Positions 16,723-25,910 of a DNA stretch of 64,000 nt are shown one piece after another. The position numbers and the translations under genes are program-made. The notes under the pieces are model-generated. The model was given only the letters and a program-made list of their open reading frames with translations. It ran no database searches and had not been told where the DNA came from. How positions within the stretch are numbered: position 1 is the stretch's first letter; each line of letters begins with the position of its first letter. Origin of the DNA: Eubacteriales bacterium (GTDB taxonomy: Bacteria > Bacillota > Clostridia > Oscillospirales > CAG-272). The stretch covers positions 7,067-71,066 of the forward strand of contig JBBAEK010000001.1 in the NCBI GenBank assembly GCA_041655935.1. Reading direction: 5' to 3'.

Positions 16723-18948
16723 CTATCGGCGCAGGCGTTCTTCCAAGGCGGTGTAGCGCATCACATGGCGGTTGTTTTCAGCCATTTGCCGGGCGATTTG
16801 CTCGCTGCCCACCAGGATGACCATTTCGCGGGCGCGGGTGAGGGCGGTGTAAAACAGGTTTCTGGTTCTCAGCATGGGGGGGCAGTGAAAGAGGGGGAAA
16901 ATGACCAGGGGGTATTCGCTCCCTTGGCTCTTGTGGACGGTGATGGCATAGGCATGCTCAATCTCATCAAGCAGGGCAAAGTCATAGGTGGCGACCCGGT
17001 CCTCAAAATTGATGAGCAGGTTTTTTTTGGAGGGATTGATGTCGGTAATGATGCCGATGTCTCCGTTGAAAACACCGCTGCTTTCGATGCCATCCTTGGT
17101 CCAGGAGAGTTCGTAATTATTACGAATTTGCATCACTTTATCGCCCACCCTAAACACACCCTCACGGTAGTTGACCTCCCCCTTAGAGGGGTCCTTAGGG
17201 TTCAGATACTCACGTAATAGATGGTTGAGTCGCTCGGTGCCGGCTTTCCCCTTGCGGGAGGGAGAGATGATCTGAATTTGTCGCAGGACATCCTCGCCAT
17301 AGGTACGGGGGAGCCGCTGGGTGACCAGTTGCAGGATGGTTTGGGCGATCTGCTCGTCCTCCTCACGGGGCAGAAAAAAGAAGTCCCGGTACTTGTTTTC
17401 AAGCAGGGGCACTTCCCCGCGGTTGATGCGGTGCGCGTTGACCACGATCATGCTTTGCTCGGACTGGCGGAAGATTTCTGTCAGGCAAATGGTGGTGAAA
17501 GCACCTGAGGCGATCATGTCGCGCAGCACGTTGCCGCACCCCACGGGCGGCAGTTGGTTGTCGTCACCGATGAAAATCAGGCGGGTGCCCCGCTTGGTCG
17601 CCCGCAGGAGTCCCTCCATCAGAAACAGGTCAATCATGGAGGCTTCATCCAGGATGATCACATCTTCTGCCAGGGGATTTCCTTCGTTTCTGTTCAAAAT
17701 CAGGGTGGTCTCTCCATCGCTCTTAGTCATCTCGAGCATGCGGTGGATGGTCTTGGCCTCCTCCCCGGTCGCTTCCGACAGCCGTTTGGCGGCGCGGCCT
17801 GTGGGCGCCGCCAGGGCAACCTTCATCCCAGTGTGCCTGAAAATGCGCAGCAGGGCCTGGACCACCGTGGTTTTCCCGGTGCCCGGGCCGCCCGTGAGGA
17901 TCAGGACACCGCTGCACAGGGCTTGCTCAATCGCCTGCCGCTGCAGTTTGGCATAGGTGATGTTCTTCTCGGTCTCCACCATCCGGACCAGCTGCCCGAT
18001 ATTGGCGGTATCCATGATGATACAGGCGGCTTCCATGGAAAGCAGTTTGGCGGCGATATAGGCTTCCGCCTCGTCCGACCGTTTGTCGAAAATATAGTCT
18101 TTGGTTTTCGGCAGAAAGGCTATCAGATGGCCCTCCTGCACCTCCTGTAAGAGCACCGGCAGCACTTGTTCCTCGCTCAGGTGCAGGTGCGCGGCGGTCA
18201 CTGCCACCAGCTTTGCGCGGGGCAGGCAGGTGTGCCCGTTGGTATTGGCGTTGTGCCGGAGGACATACTGCAGGCCTGCGGCGATGCGGCAGGCCGAGTC
18301 TGCCTGAAAGCCCAGACTTTGCGCGAGGGTGTCGGCGCGCTCAAAGGGAATCCCCAGGCTTTCATCAGTCAGGGAATACGGGTTTTGTTTGATGAGCTCC
18401 ACCGAGCGCTTGCCCCATTGGCGGTAGACCTTGGAGATGGCGGCGATGCTCAGAAAATCGCGGCAGCAGAGCATCAACTGCTGCATACCGCTCTGTTCGG
18501 AAAAGACACGGCTGATTTCCGCCGCCTTTTTCTTTGTAATTCCCGGAATATCCGCCAGCCACTGCGGGTGGTTTTGAATGACGTCAAAGCTACTCTCGCC
18601 GAAACGGGAGACAATTTTGTAGGCGGTAACCGGTCCGATGCCCTTGATGGCACCGGACGCCAAATACTTGACCATCTGGTCTTGATCGGTAGGGAGTGAC
18701 CGCTCATAGCTTTGCACCGCAAACTGCGGTCCGTAGGAGGGGTGAAAGCTCCACTCACCGTAGAGCACCACGCTCTCCCCCTCGCGCACCAAAGGCAGGA
18801 TGCCCACCGCGGTGACCAGCTCATCCTCTGCGGTGGACAGGCAGAGTACAGTATAGTCGTTTGCCTTGTTCTGAAAAATAATGTCCTCGACCACGCCGCT
18901 GACGGAGGCGATTCCCTCATGCGCTGTGTTCCTGTCGCTGGATGGCAT
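16723..18948 (-). CDS. recD2: SF1B ATP-dependent DNA helicase RecD2 (YrrC-like)
   Basis: 741 aa. N-terminal OB/HhH region, GGPGTGKTT Walker A, IILDEASM Walker B, ITVHKSQGSEYP, TALTRARE. Confidence 0.88.
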   Translation of the reverse strand: MPSSDRNTAHEGIASVSGVVEDIIFQNKANDYTVLCLSTAEDELVTAVGILPLVREGESVVLYGEWSFHPSYGPQFAVQSYERSLPTDQDQMVKYLASGAIKGIGPVTAYKIVSRFGESSFDVIQNHPQWLADIPGITKKKAAEISRVFSEQSGMQQLMLCCRDFLSIAAISKVYRQWGKRSVELIKQNPYSLTDESLGIPFERADTLAQSLGFQADSACRIAAGLQYVLRHNANTNGHTCLPRAKLVAVTAAHLHLSEEQVLPVLLQEVQEGHLIAFLPKTKDYIFDKRSDEAEAYIAAKLLSMEAACIIMDTANIGQLVRMVETEKNITYAKLQRQAIEQALCSGVLILTGGPGTGKTTVVQALLRIFRHTGMKVALAAPTGRAAKRLSEATGEEAKTIHRMLEMTKSDGETTLILNRNEGNPLAEDVIILDEASMIDLFLMEGLLRATKRGTRLIFIGDDNQLPPVGCGNVLRDMIASGAFTTICLTEIFRQSEQSMIVVNAHRINRGEVPLLENKYRDFFFLPREEDEQIAQTILQLVTQRLPRTYGEDVLRQIQIISPSRKGKAGTERLNHLLREYLNPKDPSKGEVNYREGVFRVGDKVMQIRNNYELSWTKDGIESSGVFNGDIGIITDINPSKKNLLINFEDRVATYDFALLDEIEHAYAITVHKSQGSEYPLVIFPLFHCPPMLRTRNLFYTALTRAREMVILVGSEQIARQMAENNRHVMRYTALEERLRR

Positions 18949-19011
18949 GGAAACTCCTTTCCCGGTGTTCTTTGATGCTGTGGCGAGAAATGGGCTGCCC
19001 TTTGGCGGCGG

Positions 19012-20196
19012 TCAGGCGTGCAGCAAAGTGGCGAAGGCGGCCGCCAGGTCGGTTTCTTCCCAGGGAGCATGCAGATCTTCCCTGCCCATGTGGCCATAGG
19101 CGGCGTAGGGGCGGTAGATGGGACGGCGGAGGTTGAAACGGTGGATGATGGCGGCGGGGCGGAGGTCTACCAGCTCCATGACCTTTTGCTCGATGCGGGA
19201 CTCATCCACCTTGGCGGTGCCGGCGGTGTCCACCGTGACCGACACGGGGCGCGCGACGCCGATGGCGTAGGCGATTTGCACCTGGCAGCGGGATGCCAAC
19301 CCCGCCTTGACAATGTTTTTCGCCACGTAGCGTGCGGCGTAGGAGGCGGAGCGGTCTACTTTGGTGGGGTCCTTGCCCGAAAAGGCGCCGCCCCCGTGGC
19401 CGCAGTAGCCGCCGTAGGTGTCCACAATAATCTTTCTGCCGGTCAGCCCGGTGTCGGCGGCGGGCCCGCCGAGGACAAAGCGGCCGGTGGGATTGACATG
19501 CACCTTGGTATGCTTGTCCATCAGGGCGGAGGGAATGATGGGCGTGATGACCTCACGGATGATGTCGGCTCGGATTTGCTCAATGGTCACCTTGTCGCTG
19601 TGCTGAGAGGAAACGACAATGGTTTCCACCTTGTCGGGTTTGTCGTCGAGATAGGAAACGGTGAGCTGCGTTTTGCCGTCCGGACGCAGGTAGGGCAAAA
19701 TGCCCTCCCGGCGCACCCGGGTCAGTTGTTTCGCCAGCTTGTGCGCGAGGGAGATGGGCAGGGGCATCAGCTCCGGGGTCTCGTCGCAGGCGTAGCCGAA
19801 CATCATGCCCTGGTCGCCCGCGCCGATGTCAAAGGCGTCGGTGAGCTCGCCGCTTTTTGCCTCCGCACAGCGGTCTACCCCCAGTGCGATGTCCGGTGAC
19901 TGCTCATGAATGGCGACCAGCACGCCGCAGGAGTTACCGTCAAAGCCATACTCGCCCTTGTCATAGCCGATGGTCCGCACGGTGTCGCGCACGGTCTTTT
20001 CAATATCGACATACGCCTTGGAGGTGATCTCCCCCATCACGGTGATCAGCCCGGTGGTGGCGAACGTCTCGCACGCCACGCGGGAGTCGGGGTCCTGCCG
20101 CAGCATCTCGTCCAAAATGGCGTCGGAAATGTTGTCACAGATCTTGTCGGGATGTCCCTCGGTGACCGATTCGGAAGTAAACAGTTTCTTTCTCAT
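19012..20196 (-). CDS. metK: S-adenosylmethionine synthetase
   Basis: [44 protein letters not shown]. Confidence 0.95.
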   Translation of the reverse strand: MRKKLFTSESVTEGHPDKICDNISDAILDEMLRQDPDSRVACETFATTGLITVMGEITSKAYVDIEKTVRDTVRTIGYDKGEYGFDGNSCGVLVAIHEQSPDIALGVDRCAEAKSGELTDAFDIGAGDQGMMFGYACDETPELMPLPISLAHKLAKQLTRVRREGILPYLRPDGKTQLTVSYLDDKPDKVETIVVSSQHSDKVTIEQIRADIIREVITPIIPSALMDKHTKVHVNPTGRFVLGGPAADTGLTGRKIIVDTYGGYCGHGGGAFSGKDPTKVDRSASYAARYVAKNIVKAGLASRCQVQIAYAIGVARPVSVTVDTAGTAKVDESRIEQKVMELVDLRPAAIIHRFNLRRPIYRPYAAYGHMGREDLHAPWEETDLAAAFATLLHA

Positions 20197-20226
20197 ATGA
20201 AACCTCTGCTTGTTATTTTGCTACAT

Positions 20227-20354
20227 AAAAAAGCGGGAAGCGGCACCCTGCCCTTCCCGCTGACCTTTTGTCACTTATCTATCGGGAATTAGCACCTTGC
20301 ATCACACAGGTTGCCGGGCTTCATCGGGCCAGTCCCTCCGCCACTCTACATAAG
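20227..20354 (-). promoter_or_regulatory. SAM-I (S-box) riboswitch with intrinsic terminator, leader of metK
   Basis: The minus strand reads CTTATGTAGAGTGGCGGAGGGACTGGCCCGATGAAGCCCGGCAACC...GGTGCTAATTCCCGATAGATAAG. The P1 helix pairs CTTAT with ATAAG. The terminator AGCGGGAAG...CTTCCCGCTTTTTT follows. Confidence 0.9.
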
Positions 20355-20363
20355 TACGGCAAT

Positions 20364-20392
20364 AGTGTATCATAGACCGGGGAAAATTGCAA
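20364..20392 (-). promoter_or_regulatory. sigmaA-type promoter for the S-box/metK transcript
   Basis: TTGCAA-17 nt-TACACT, ending about 10 nt before the riboswitch P1 helix. Confidence 0.55.
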
Positions 20393-20421
20393 GTGAAATT
20401 CTTCTTTTATCGCCAAAATGA

Positions 20422-20451
20422 TTGACAGGAGGGACGCTCACTTGCTATAAT
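20422..20451 (+). promoter_or_regulatory. sigmaA-type promoter for the Gfo/Idh/MocA oxidoreductase gene
   Basis: TTGACA-18 nt-TATAAT on the plus strand, about 50 nt before the ATG at 20503. Confidence 0.55.
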
Positions 20452-20502
20452 AAACAGGAATTGTATCTTTGCGAAAAAAATGAGATAAGTGAGGAAAATG
20501 GC

Positions 20503-21672
20503 ATGAAAATCAATGTGGGCATACTGGGCATGGGCAACATGGGACAGAGCCATGGCTCCCGTATTTACAATGGGCAGGTGCCACATATGCAGCTGGCGGC
20601 GGTTTGCGACATAGACCCCGCACAACTGGACTGGGCACGGAAAAACCTGCCGGATGTGCCGGTGTTTGCAACGGCGGAGGAGATGTATGACAGCGGTCTG
20701 ATTGACTCGGTCATCATTGCCGTTCCTCACTATGACCACGCCCCCTATGCCATACAGGCGTTTGAAAAGGGGCTGCATGTCTACTGTGAAAAGCCCGCCG
20801 GTGTGTACACCAAACAGGTGCTGGAGATGAACCGTGCGGCTGAACAGTCGGGCAAGGTATTCGCCCTCGGCTTTCAGCAGCGCACCAACCCCGCCTTTCG
20901 CATTATCCGGGATATGGTGAGGAGCGGCGAGCTGGGGCATATCAAAAAGGTCATCTGGATAGTGACCAACTGGTACCGGCCGCAGGCATACCACGACAGC
21001 AGCGCCTGGCGTTCCACCTGGCGACTGGAGGGGGGCGGCACCATTGTCAACCAAAATCCGCACAACATAGACCTGTTCCAATGGATGTTCGGTATGCCCT
21101 CTCAGGTCATGGCGGTGATTGACTACGGCAAGTATTACGACATTGAAGTGGACGACGACGTCAACGCGATTTTCAGGTACGACTCGGGCACGGTGGGCAT
21201 CTACACCACTGCCACGGGTGAGCAGCCGGGCACCAACCGTCTGGAGATCTCCTGTGATATGGGCAAGCTGGTGTATGAAAACAACGAGCTGATCTTTTGG
21301 AAAAACCCGATGTCCGAGCGGGAATTTAACCGCCAGAATAAGTCGCCCTTCGGCCATATGGAAACCGAAAAAATTATCATCGACATTCCCAAACAGGCAA
21401 TGCAGCCGCATAATGCCCTGCTTGAAAACTTTGCGCAGGCAGTGCTGGAGGGCACAGCCCTCATGGCCCCGGGCGTCGAGGGTATCAAGGAGTGCCTGCT
21501 CGCCGACGCGCTGTACTACTCGGACTGGCAGGGGCAACAGTGGATCCATACCAACGCCTTTGATCACGACGGCTTTTGGGCGGCACTGCAGGAGAAAATC
21601 AACCGCTCCACCCATGTGAAACAGGCGCGCGCCACAGAGGCGGCGGATATGAACCAATCCTTTCAACAATAA
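20503..21672 (+). CDS. Gfo/Idh/MocA-family NAD(P)-dependent oxidoreductase
   Basis: MKINVGILGMGNMGQSH (Rossmann GxGxxG), YCEKPAG (EKP motif), 389 aa from the ATG at 20503 with a GAGGAAAATGGC RBS. Confidence 0.8.
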   Translation: MKINVGILGMGNMGQSHGSRIYNGQVPHMQLAAVCDIDPAQLDWARKNLPDVPVFATAEEMYDSGLIDSVIIAVPHYDHAPYAIQAFEKGLHVYCEKPAGVYTKQVLEMNRAAEQSGKVFALGFQQRTNPAFRIIRDMVRSGELGHIKKVIWIVTNWYRPQAYHDSSAWRSTWRLEGGGTIVNQNPHNIDLFQWMFGMPSQVMAVIDYGKYYDIEVDDDVNAIFRYDSGTVGIYTTATGEQPGTNRLEISCDMGKLVYENNELIFWKNPMSEREFNRQNKSPFGHMETEKIIIDIPKQAMQPHNALLENFAQAVLEGTALMAPGVEGIKECLLADALYYSDWQGQQWIHTNAFDHDGFWAALQEKINRSTHVKQARATEAADMNQSFQQ

Positions 21673-21824
21673 ACACCTGCCGTGATGGTCATCATAAGCT
21701 TCGCATGGAGAAAACAGGGGCTTGGGCGACACCGCACCATTCACGGCTGACGCCTTTTCCGCGCGGGTGAGTTGGTGCGCCGTGTATCCAAGCTGATCAA
21801 ACGCTGACCGATGAAATGGCTGCC

Positions 21825-21851
21825 GAAAAAAGAACGCCTGCGTACAGGCGT
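21825..21851 (-). terminator. rho-independent terminator of the GRE-activase operon
   Basis: ACGCCTG-cgta-CAGGCGT, followed on the minus strand by TCTTTTTT, 15 nt past the activase stop. Confidence 0.7.
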
Positions 21852-21865
21852 GGGCTTGCCGGGGG

Positions 21866-22732
21866 TTATGCGTTTACATAGTTCCAGAAGGCTGACTTGA
21901 CTTCTGTGAGTGCCTCCTTGGAGACCATCCATGCCGGTTCGCCTGGGGCGGGGGTGCCCAAACGTTCGCTTTTGTCGCTGCCCATGGGGTGGTAGGAAAA
22001 AAACTCCACCCGTTGGCAGTGCTTGAGTTGCCGATAGAGCGCGGCGACTGCTCTGATGTGTGCGTCGTCGTCATTGATCCCCCGGAGCAAGATGCAACGA
22101 AGCACCAGATGGGGGTGGAGGTTGTCGGCAAGGGTCAGGCTGTCCAGGATGCGCCGGTTGGAGGCACCCGTGTTGTTCTGATGCCGGGTGGGGTCGGTGT
22201 CCTTGAGGTCCCAGAGCAGGGTGTCGGTGTGCCGACAAAGACTTGGCAGCCATGCCGGGTCAAAGTAGCCGCTGGTTTCTACGGCGGTGGTGAGCCCCTG
22301 TTCCTTCGCTGCTTGCAGCAGGGCGATGGTCGCTGAGGGGTGCATCATGGGCTCTCCGCCGGAAATGGTGAGCCCGCCCTGTTCGCCGTAAAAGGCTTTG
22401 TCGCGCATGACCTCGGAGAGTATCTCGTCAATGCTCATCAGGCGGGATACCGCCTCTAAGGCGCCGGTGGGGCATGCGTGGGTGCAGACCTCGCACAGGC
22501 GGCACTTGCTTCTGTCATACACATGCCCCTCTGGCATCAGCACATGCGCGCCATGACGGCAGACGGCGGCACAAGCCCCGCAGCCTATGCACTGTGAGGG
22601 GGTGTAGTAGATCTCCTGCCCCGCCCCTTTGGTCTCAGGATTGTGGCACCACACGCAGTTCAACCGACAGCCCTTGAAGAAGACCACCGTGCGGATCCCC
22701 GGGCCGTCGTGCATGCAAAAGCGCTGAATCAT
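21866..22732 (-). CDS. glycyl-radical enzyme activating protein (radical SAM)
   Basis: CMHDGPGIRTVVFFKGCRLNCVWCHNPE (CxxxCxxC), then CIGCGACAAVC and CRLCEVCTHACP ferredoxin-type clusters, and GGLTISGGEP. The start is at MIQRF (ATG 22732) with a GAGGG RBS, 14 nt after the GRE stop. Confidence 0.88.
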   Translation of the reverse strand: MIQRFCMHDGPGIRTVVFFKGCRLNCVWCHNPETKGAGQEIYYTPSQCIGCGACAAVCRHGAHVLMPEGHVYDRSKCRLCEVCTHACPTGALEAVSRLMSIDEILSEVMRDKAFYGEQGGLTISGGEPMMHPSATIALLQAAKEQGLTTAVETSGYFDPAWLPSLCRHTDTLLWDLKDTDPTRHQNNTGASNRRILDSLTLADNLHPHLVLRCILLRGINDDDAHIRAVAALYRQLKHCQRVEFFSYHPMGSDKSERLGTPAPGEPAWMVSKEALTEVKSAFWNYVNA

Positions 22733-22746
22733 GACAACCGGCACCC

Positions 22747-24870
22747 TCACAGCAACGCCCCCCTCTCGGCGCGCGCGATGATCATATCCTGCCACTCCTT
22801 GTGCAGGGTGACAAAGCGGGCGTTCCAGCCAGAGACCCTGACGGCAAGGGTGGGAAACTGCTCAGGGTGCTGCTGCGCCGCACGCAAGACTGCGCGATCG
22901 ACCACATCTATCTGCATGAAAAACCCGCCCAGTGTGACAAAGCCCTGCAACAATCCCACCAGGGCTTCCATGCCCTCCTCGTTGGCGACAAGGGTGGGCA
23001 ACAGGTGGATGTCGAGTGCCGCCCCGCAGGTGAGCTCTCGCAGGTCCGCCTTGCAATACGACCGAATGGCCGCGGTTGCGCCCTTGCAGTCGGTGCCGGG
23101 GGTGGGGGACAGGTTGCCTGCCAGCACAGCCCCCTTGTGATGCCCGTGGGGGGATGCCAGCCGCAGGGGTGCCCACTCAATCTGCCTGCCAAAGGTGCTG
23201 ACGCCAGGGGGGAAGGAGAGAAAGCTCCTGCCTTGCAGGGCGTGGCACATGCCCGCAAAATCATGCAGGATGCGGGCGGCTATCTCGTCCACCTCGTCGT
23301 TGTCGTTGCCAAAATACGTGTACCGATGGCGGACATACTGCCGCAGCGGCTCATGTCCCTCCCAGTTGTGCTGTAAGATCTCCAGCAAGGCTGCCAGCGA
23401 GAGCTTTTGTTCCTCAAATACAAGCTTCTTGATGGCGTACAGGCTATTGGCGACATCAGGCACCCCGCCAATATGGGGGGAGGCGATAGTGTAGATGGCA
23501 CCGCCCTCATAGTAGGACAGCCCTGCCTCGGCACAGCCCTCGGTGAACAGTGAGACGACTGAGCAAGGGAGTGCCGCCCGCTCGTTCCAAAAGGCTGAGC
23601 CGTAGTTTTTTCGCTGGTACACGGCTTCTACCGCCTCTTGCAAGTCCGCCTGATACTGCCGGTACAACGCCTCGTAGCTCTCGGCATGTACACGCCGGGT
23701 GTCATAGGCGGCCAGGGTGGTGTGCTGCAACACCTGCAGGGCGTCAAAGGGGGCGTAGGTAAAATAAGTTTTGCCAGGGATTTGCACCTCCCAGCAGCCG
23801 GCGTTGGCAAAGGTGCGTGCCTCGGTCAGCTCGTGCCCGGCGGCGGTGAGTGCCTCAAGGATCAAGTCCTCGTTGTAGACAGCCACAATGCCGCCGCCGT
23901 GACGAATCACCTCCGCCATGCGGCGGAGTAGCGCCGGGTCGGTGTGTCGGTTCACCCGAACGGTGAGGGGGAAGTCGCTGATGCCCAGCTCCTCGACAAT
24001 GTCCAGCACCAAGTAGGTCACCTCGTTTGTGAGGTCAACCCCCTGTTCATCCACACCCGAAAGGACGATGTTTTGGTAGTGCTGTGCGTCGCCAGTGCCA
24101 TAGGAGGTGCCGCGAATCCATTCGCATCCTTTGATGAAAAAATGCGCCATATACTCGCGGGCTTGCGCAAGGCTTACCCTGCCCTTCTGCAAGTCCTCTG
24201 TCAGGTACCGCCCAAGCATGTCATCCATCCTGCCAATCCCCGGCCAGTTGCCGCAAAGCCTGGTAAAGGCAAAAATGAACCACAGGCTTTGCACCGCCTC
24301 GAAAAAGTTGGTGGCGGGACCAAAGGGGACCTGCTGGAGGTGCGCCAGCGCCTCGCTGTGCTCACCGCTTTGCCGCAGTGCCTCAAGGTACCTGCCGTGC
24401 CACACCGCCAAGCAATCGATGCAGTGGATCATGCTTGCCACAAGCTGGATTTTCTCAGGGGCGGTGTGCCTGAGGAGTGCCTCCTGCAGCTCCTGCTTGA
24501 TGTGATTCATGCCCTTTGTCAGGACCCTTTCAAACCCCAAGGTGAGGTGGCTGACGCTGCGCCAAAGCAGCTTGCCGCCATAGGTGGCGGGCACCATATG
24601 GTCAATGGCTGCTCCTAAGGTGGCGGCACCGGAGAGCAGCTCACCCTCACACAGGCGTAGGGGGGCTTTGGTGACGATCTCGAAGATGGCGGCGTTGTAC
24701 TTGTCAAGCGCGCTGAGTTGCTCAAATTCGGGAATGTGGTCAAGCGAGACGGCACAGGTCCTCGCTGTATCCTTGCCATAGGTGAAGTGGAGTGAGTCAT
24801 AGGCAAATTGCCTGGTCCTCTCCGAAAGCCTCACCGGCCGCGGCTCTTGGTAGGCTGTATCAAATGTCAT
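22747..24870 (-). CDS. glycyl radical enzyme, PFL2/dehydratase-like class, substrate unknown (707 aa)
   Basis: The C-terminal LAVRVSGWNARFVTLHKEWQDMI resembles the PflB RVSGYAVRFNSLTKEQQ Gly-radical loop. NAGCWEVQ supplies Cys-x-Glu. The adjacent activase supports the call. Confidence 0.85.
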   Translation of the reverse strand: MTFDTAYQEPRPVRLSERTRQFAYDSLHFTYGKDTARTCAVSLDHIPEFEQLSALDKYNAAIFEIVTKAPLRLCEGELLSGAATLGAAIDHMVPATYGGKLLWRSVSHLTLGFERVLTKGMNHIKQELQEALLRHTAPEKIQLVASMIHCIDCLAVWHGRYLEALRQSGEHSEALAHLQQVPFGPATNFFEAVQSLWFIFAFTRLCGNWPGIGRMDDMLGRYLTEDLQKGRVSLAQAREYMAHFFIKGCEWIRGTSYGTGDAQHYQNIVLSGVDEQGVDLTNEVTYLVLDIVEELGISDFPLTVRVNRHTDPALLRRMAEVIRHGGGIVAVYNEDLILEALTAAGHELTEARTFANAGCWEVQIPGKTYFTYAPFDALQVLQHTTLAAYDTRRVHAESYEALYRQYQADLQEAVEAVYQRKNYGSAFWNERAALPCSVVSLFTEGCAEAGLSYYEGGAIYTIASPHIGGVPDVANSLYAIKKLVFEEQKLSLAALLEILQHNWEGHEPLRQYVRHRYTYFGNDNDEVDEIAARILHDFAGMCHALQGRSFLSFPPGVSTFGRQIEWAPLRLASPHGHHKGAVLAGNLSPTPGTDCKGATAAIRSYCKADLRELTCGAALDIHLLPTLVANEEGMEALVGLLQGFVTLGGFFMQIDVVDRAVLRAAQQHPEQFPTLAVRVSGWNARFVTLHKEWQDMIIARAERGALL

Positions 24871-25019
24871 CTCATCGATCCCTTTCTACCTGCTGGTTCA
24901 AACGCCGCCCCGCAAAGAGCGTGCGCGTCGCGTGTTGTTTTGATACATCCATTATAGCGCATGGGGCGGGAAAAATCCATTGACAAAGCTACTGAAACCA
25001 TAGACAATACTATCATGAG

Positions 25020-25808
25020 GTGGTTGTGAAGATAGAGAAAATTGATATTATCTATGACAAAAAGGGGGCACTTTGTGCCTCTGACTGGGACGGTCTGCGC
25101 CATGTCAAAGAGCTACCCTACCTCTCTGTCGTCCAGTCGGTGCAGGGGCACTACCGCATCCAAATTGATGAGGGGGACACCTTCCTCACCGAGGAAAAGG
25201 GGATCTTCATCGCCCCTCCGAACCACAAGCAAACCATTGTCCACCATGCCAATCAGCACAGCGGACAGATGCAGGCGCGGTGGGTGTTTGTTGATGTACT
25301 AATCAATGGGACGTACAAATTAGAGGATCTGTTTGAGTTCCCGGTGATTGTGCCGGGTGGTGATGCTTTCTCTGTCTTTGGCGGTTGTTTCGACGAGCTG
25401 TTCGGGGCGGTCGATCGGTGCGACACGATGATTGCCTACTACAAACTGCTCAAAGCGCTGCTCCGTATCGTCACGCCCAAAGAGCTGCTGCATCCCAGTG
25501 TGCAAACGGTGCTGGACTACCTGAGACAAAACTATGGGCACCCCATCACCATCAAAGAATTGGCGGGGGTGGTGTACCTGTCGCACTCTCATCTCTACCG
25601 GCTCTTTCGGCGGAGTGTGGGCTTGTCCCCGATTGAGTACCTGAACAAGTATCGGCTGACGGTGGCGGCGGGCTTGCTGGTGAGCACGCGGGAAAGTGTC
25701 AGCAGTATTGCAAAAAAAGTGGGGATGGACAACCAATTTTACTTCAGCAAGCTGTTCAAGCGCAAGTATGGCATACCGCCCACCCAGTACCGTAAGACCT
25801 TCTCCTAA
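25020..25808 (+). CDS. AraC-family transcriptional regulator (cupin-like N-domain plus double HTH)
   Basis: C-terminal IKELAGVVYLSHSHLYRLFRR...IAKKVGMDNQFYFSKLFKRKYGIPPTQYR. GTG start at 25020, or at 25026 (GAGG RBS 5 nt upstream of the latter). Confidence 0.85.
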   Translation: MVVKIEKIDIIYDKKGALCASDWDGLRHVKELPYLSVVQSVQGHYRIQIDEGDTFLTEEKGIFIAPPNHKQTIVHHANQHSGQMQARWVFVDVLINGTYKLEDLFEFPVIVPGGDAFSVFGGCFDELFGAVDRCDTMIAYYKLLKALLRIVTPKELLHPSVQTVLDYLRQNYGHPITIKELAGVVYLSHSHLYRLFRRSVGLSPIEYLNKYRLTVAAGLLVSTRESVSSIAKKVGMDNQFYFSKLFKRKYGIPPTQYRKTFS

Positions 25809-25842
25809 GGGGAGGGGGCGGAGAGGCGCGGCACAAAAAGTT

Positions 25843-25896
25843 CACCCCCCGGGGGAAGCCTCGTTTTTTAGAGGCTCCCCCGGGGGGGGTGTTTTG
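25843..25896. terminator. large bidirectional terminator between araC-like gene and purL
   Basis: CACCCCCCGGGGGAAGCCTC-gtttttta-GAGGCTCCCCCGGGGGGGGTG, followed by TTTTGG. Confidence 0.75.
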
Positions 25897-25910
25897 GAGT
25901 AGCAGGCAGA

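Noticed and set aside
20407-21744. 445-aa minus-strand ORF opposite the Gfo/Idh/MocA gene
   Set aside because: It is a shadow ORF in GC-rich DNA. The plus frame has a Rossmann GxGxxG motif, an EKP motif, an RBS and a consensus promoter. The minus frame has no recognisable motif.
24871-25019. Promoters in the GRE/AraC divergent region
   Set aside because: A TATAAT facing the GRE and a TTGACA-17-GACAAT facing araC can be read. However, the GRE side lacks a -35 element (plausible for an activator-dependent promoter), and I could not identify AraC-type direct repeats with confidence. These are not reported as features.
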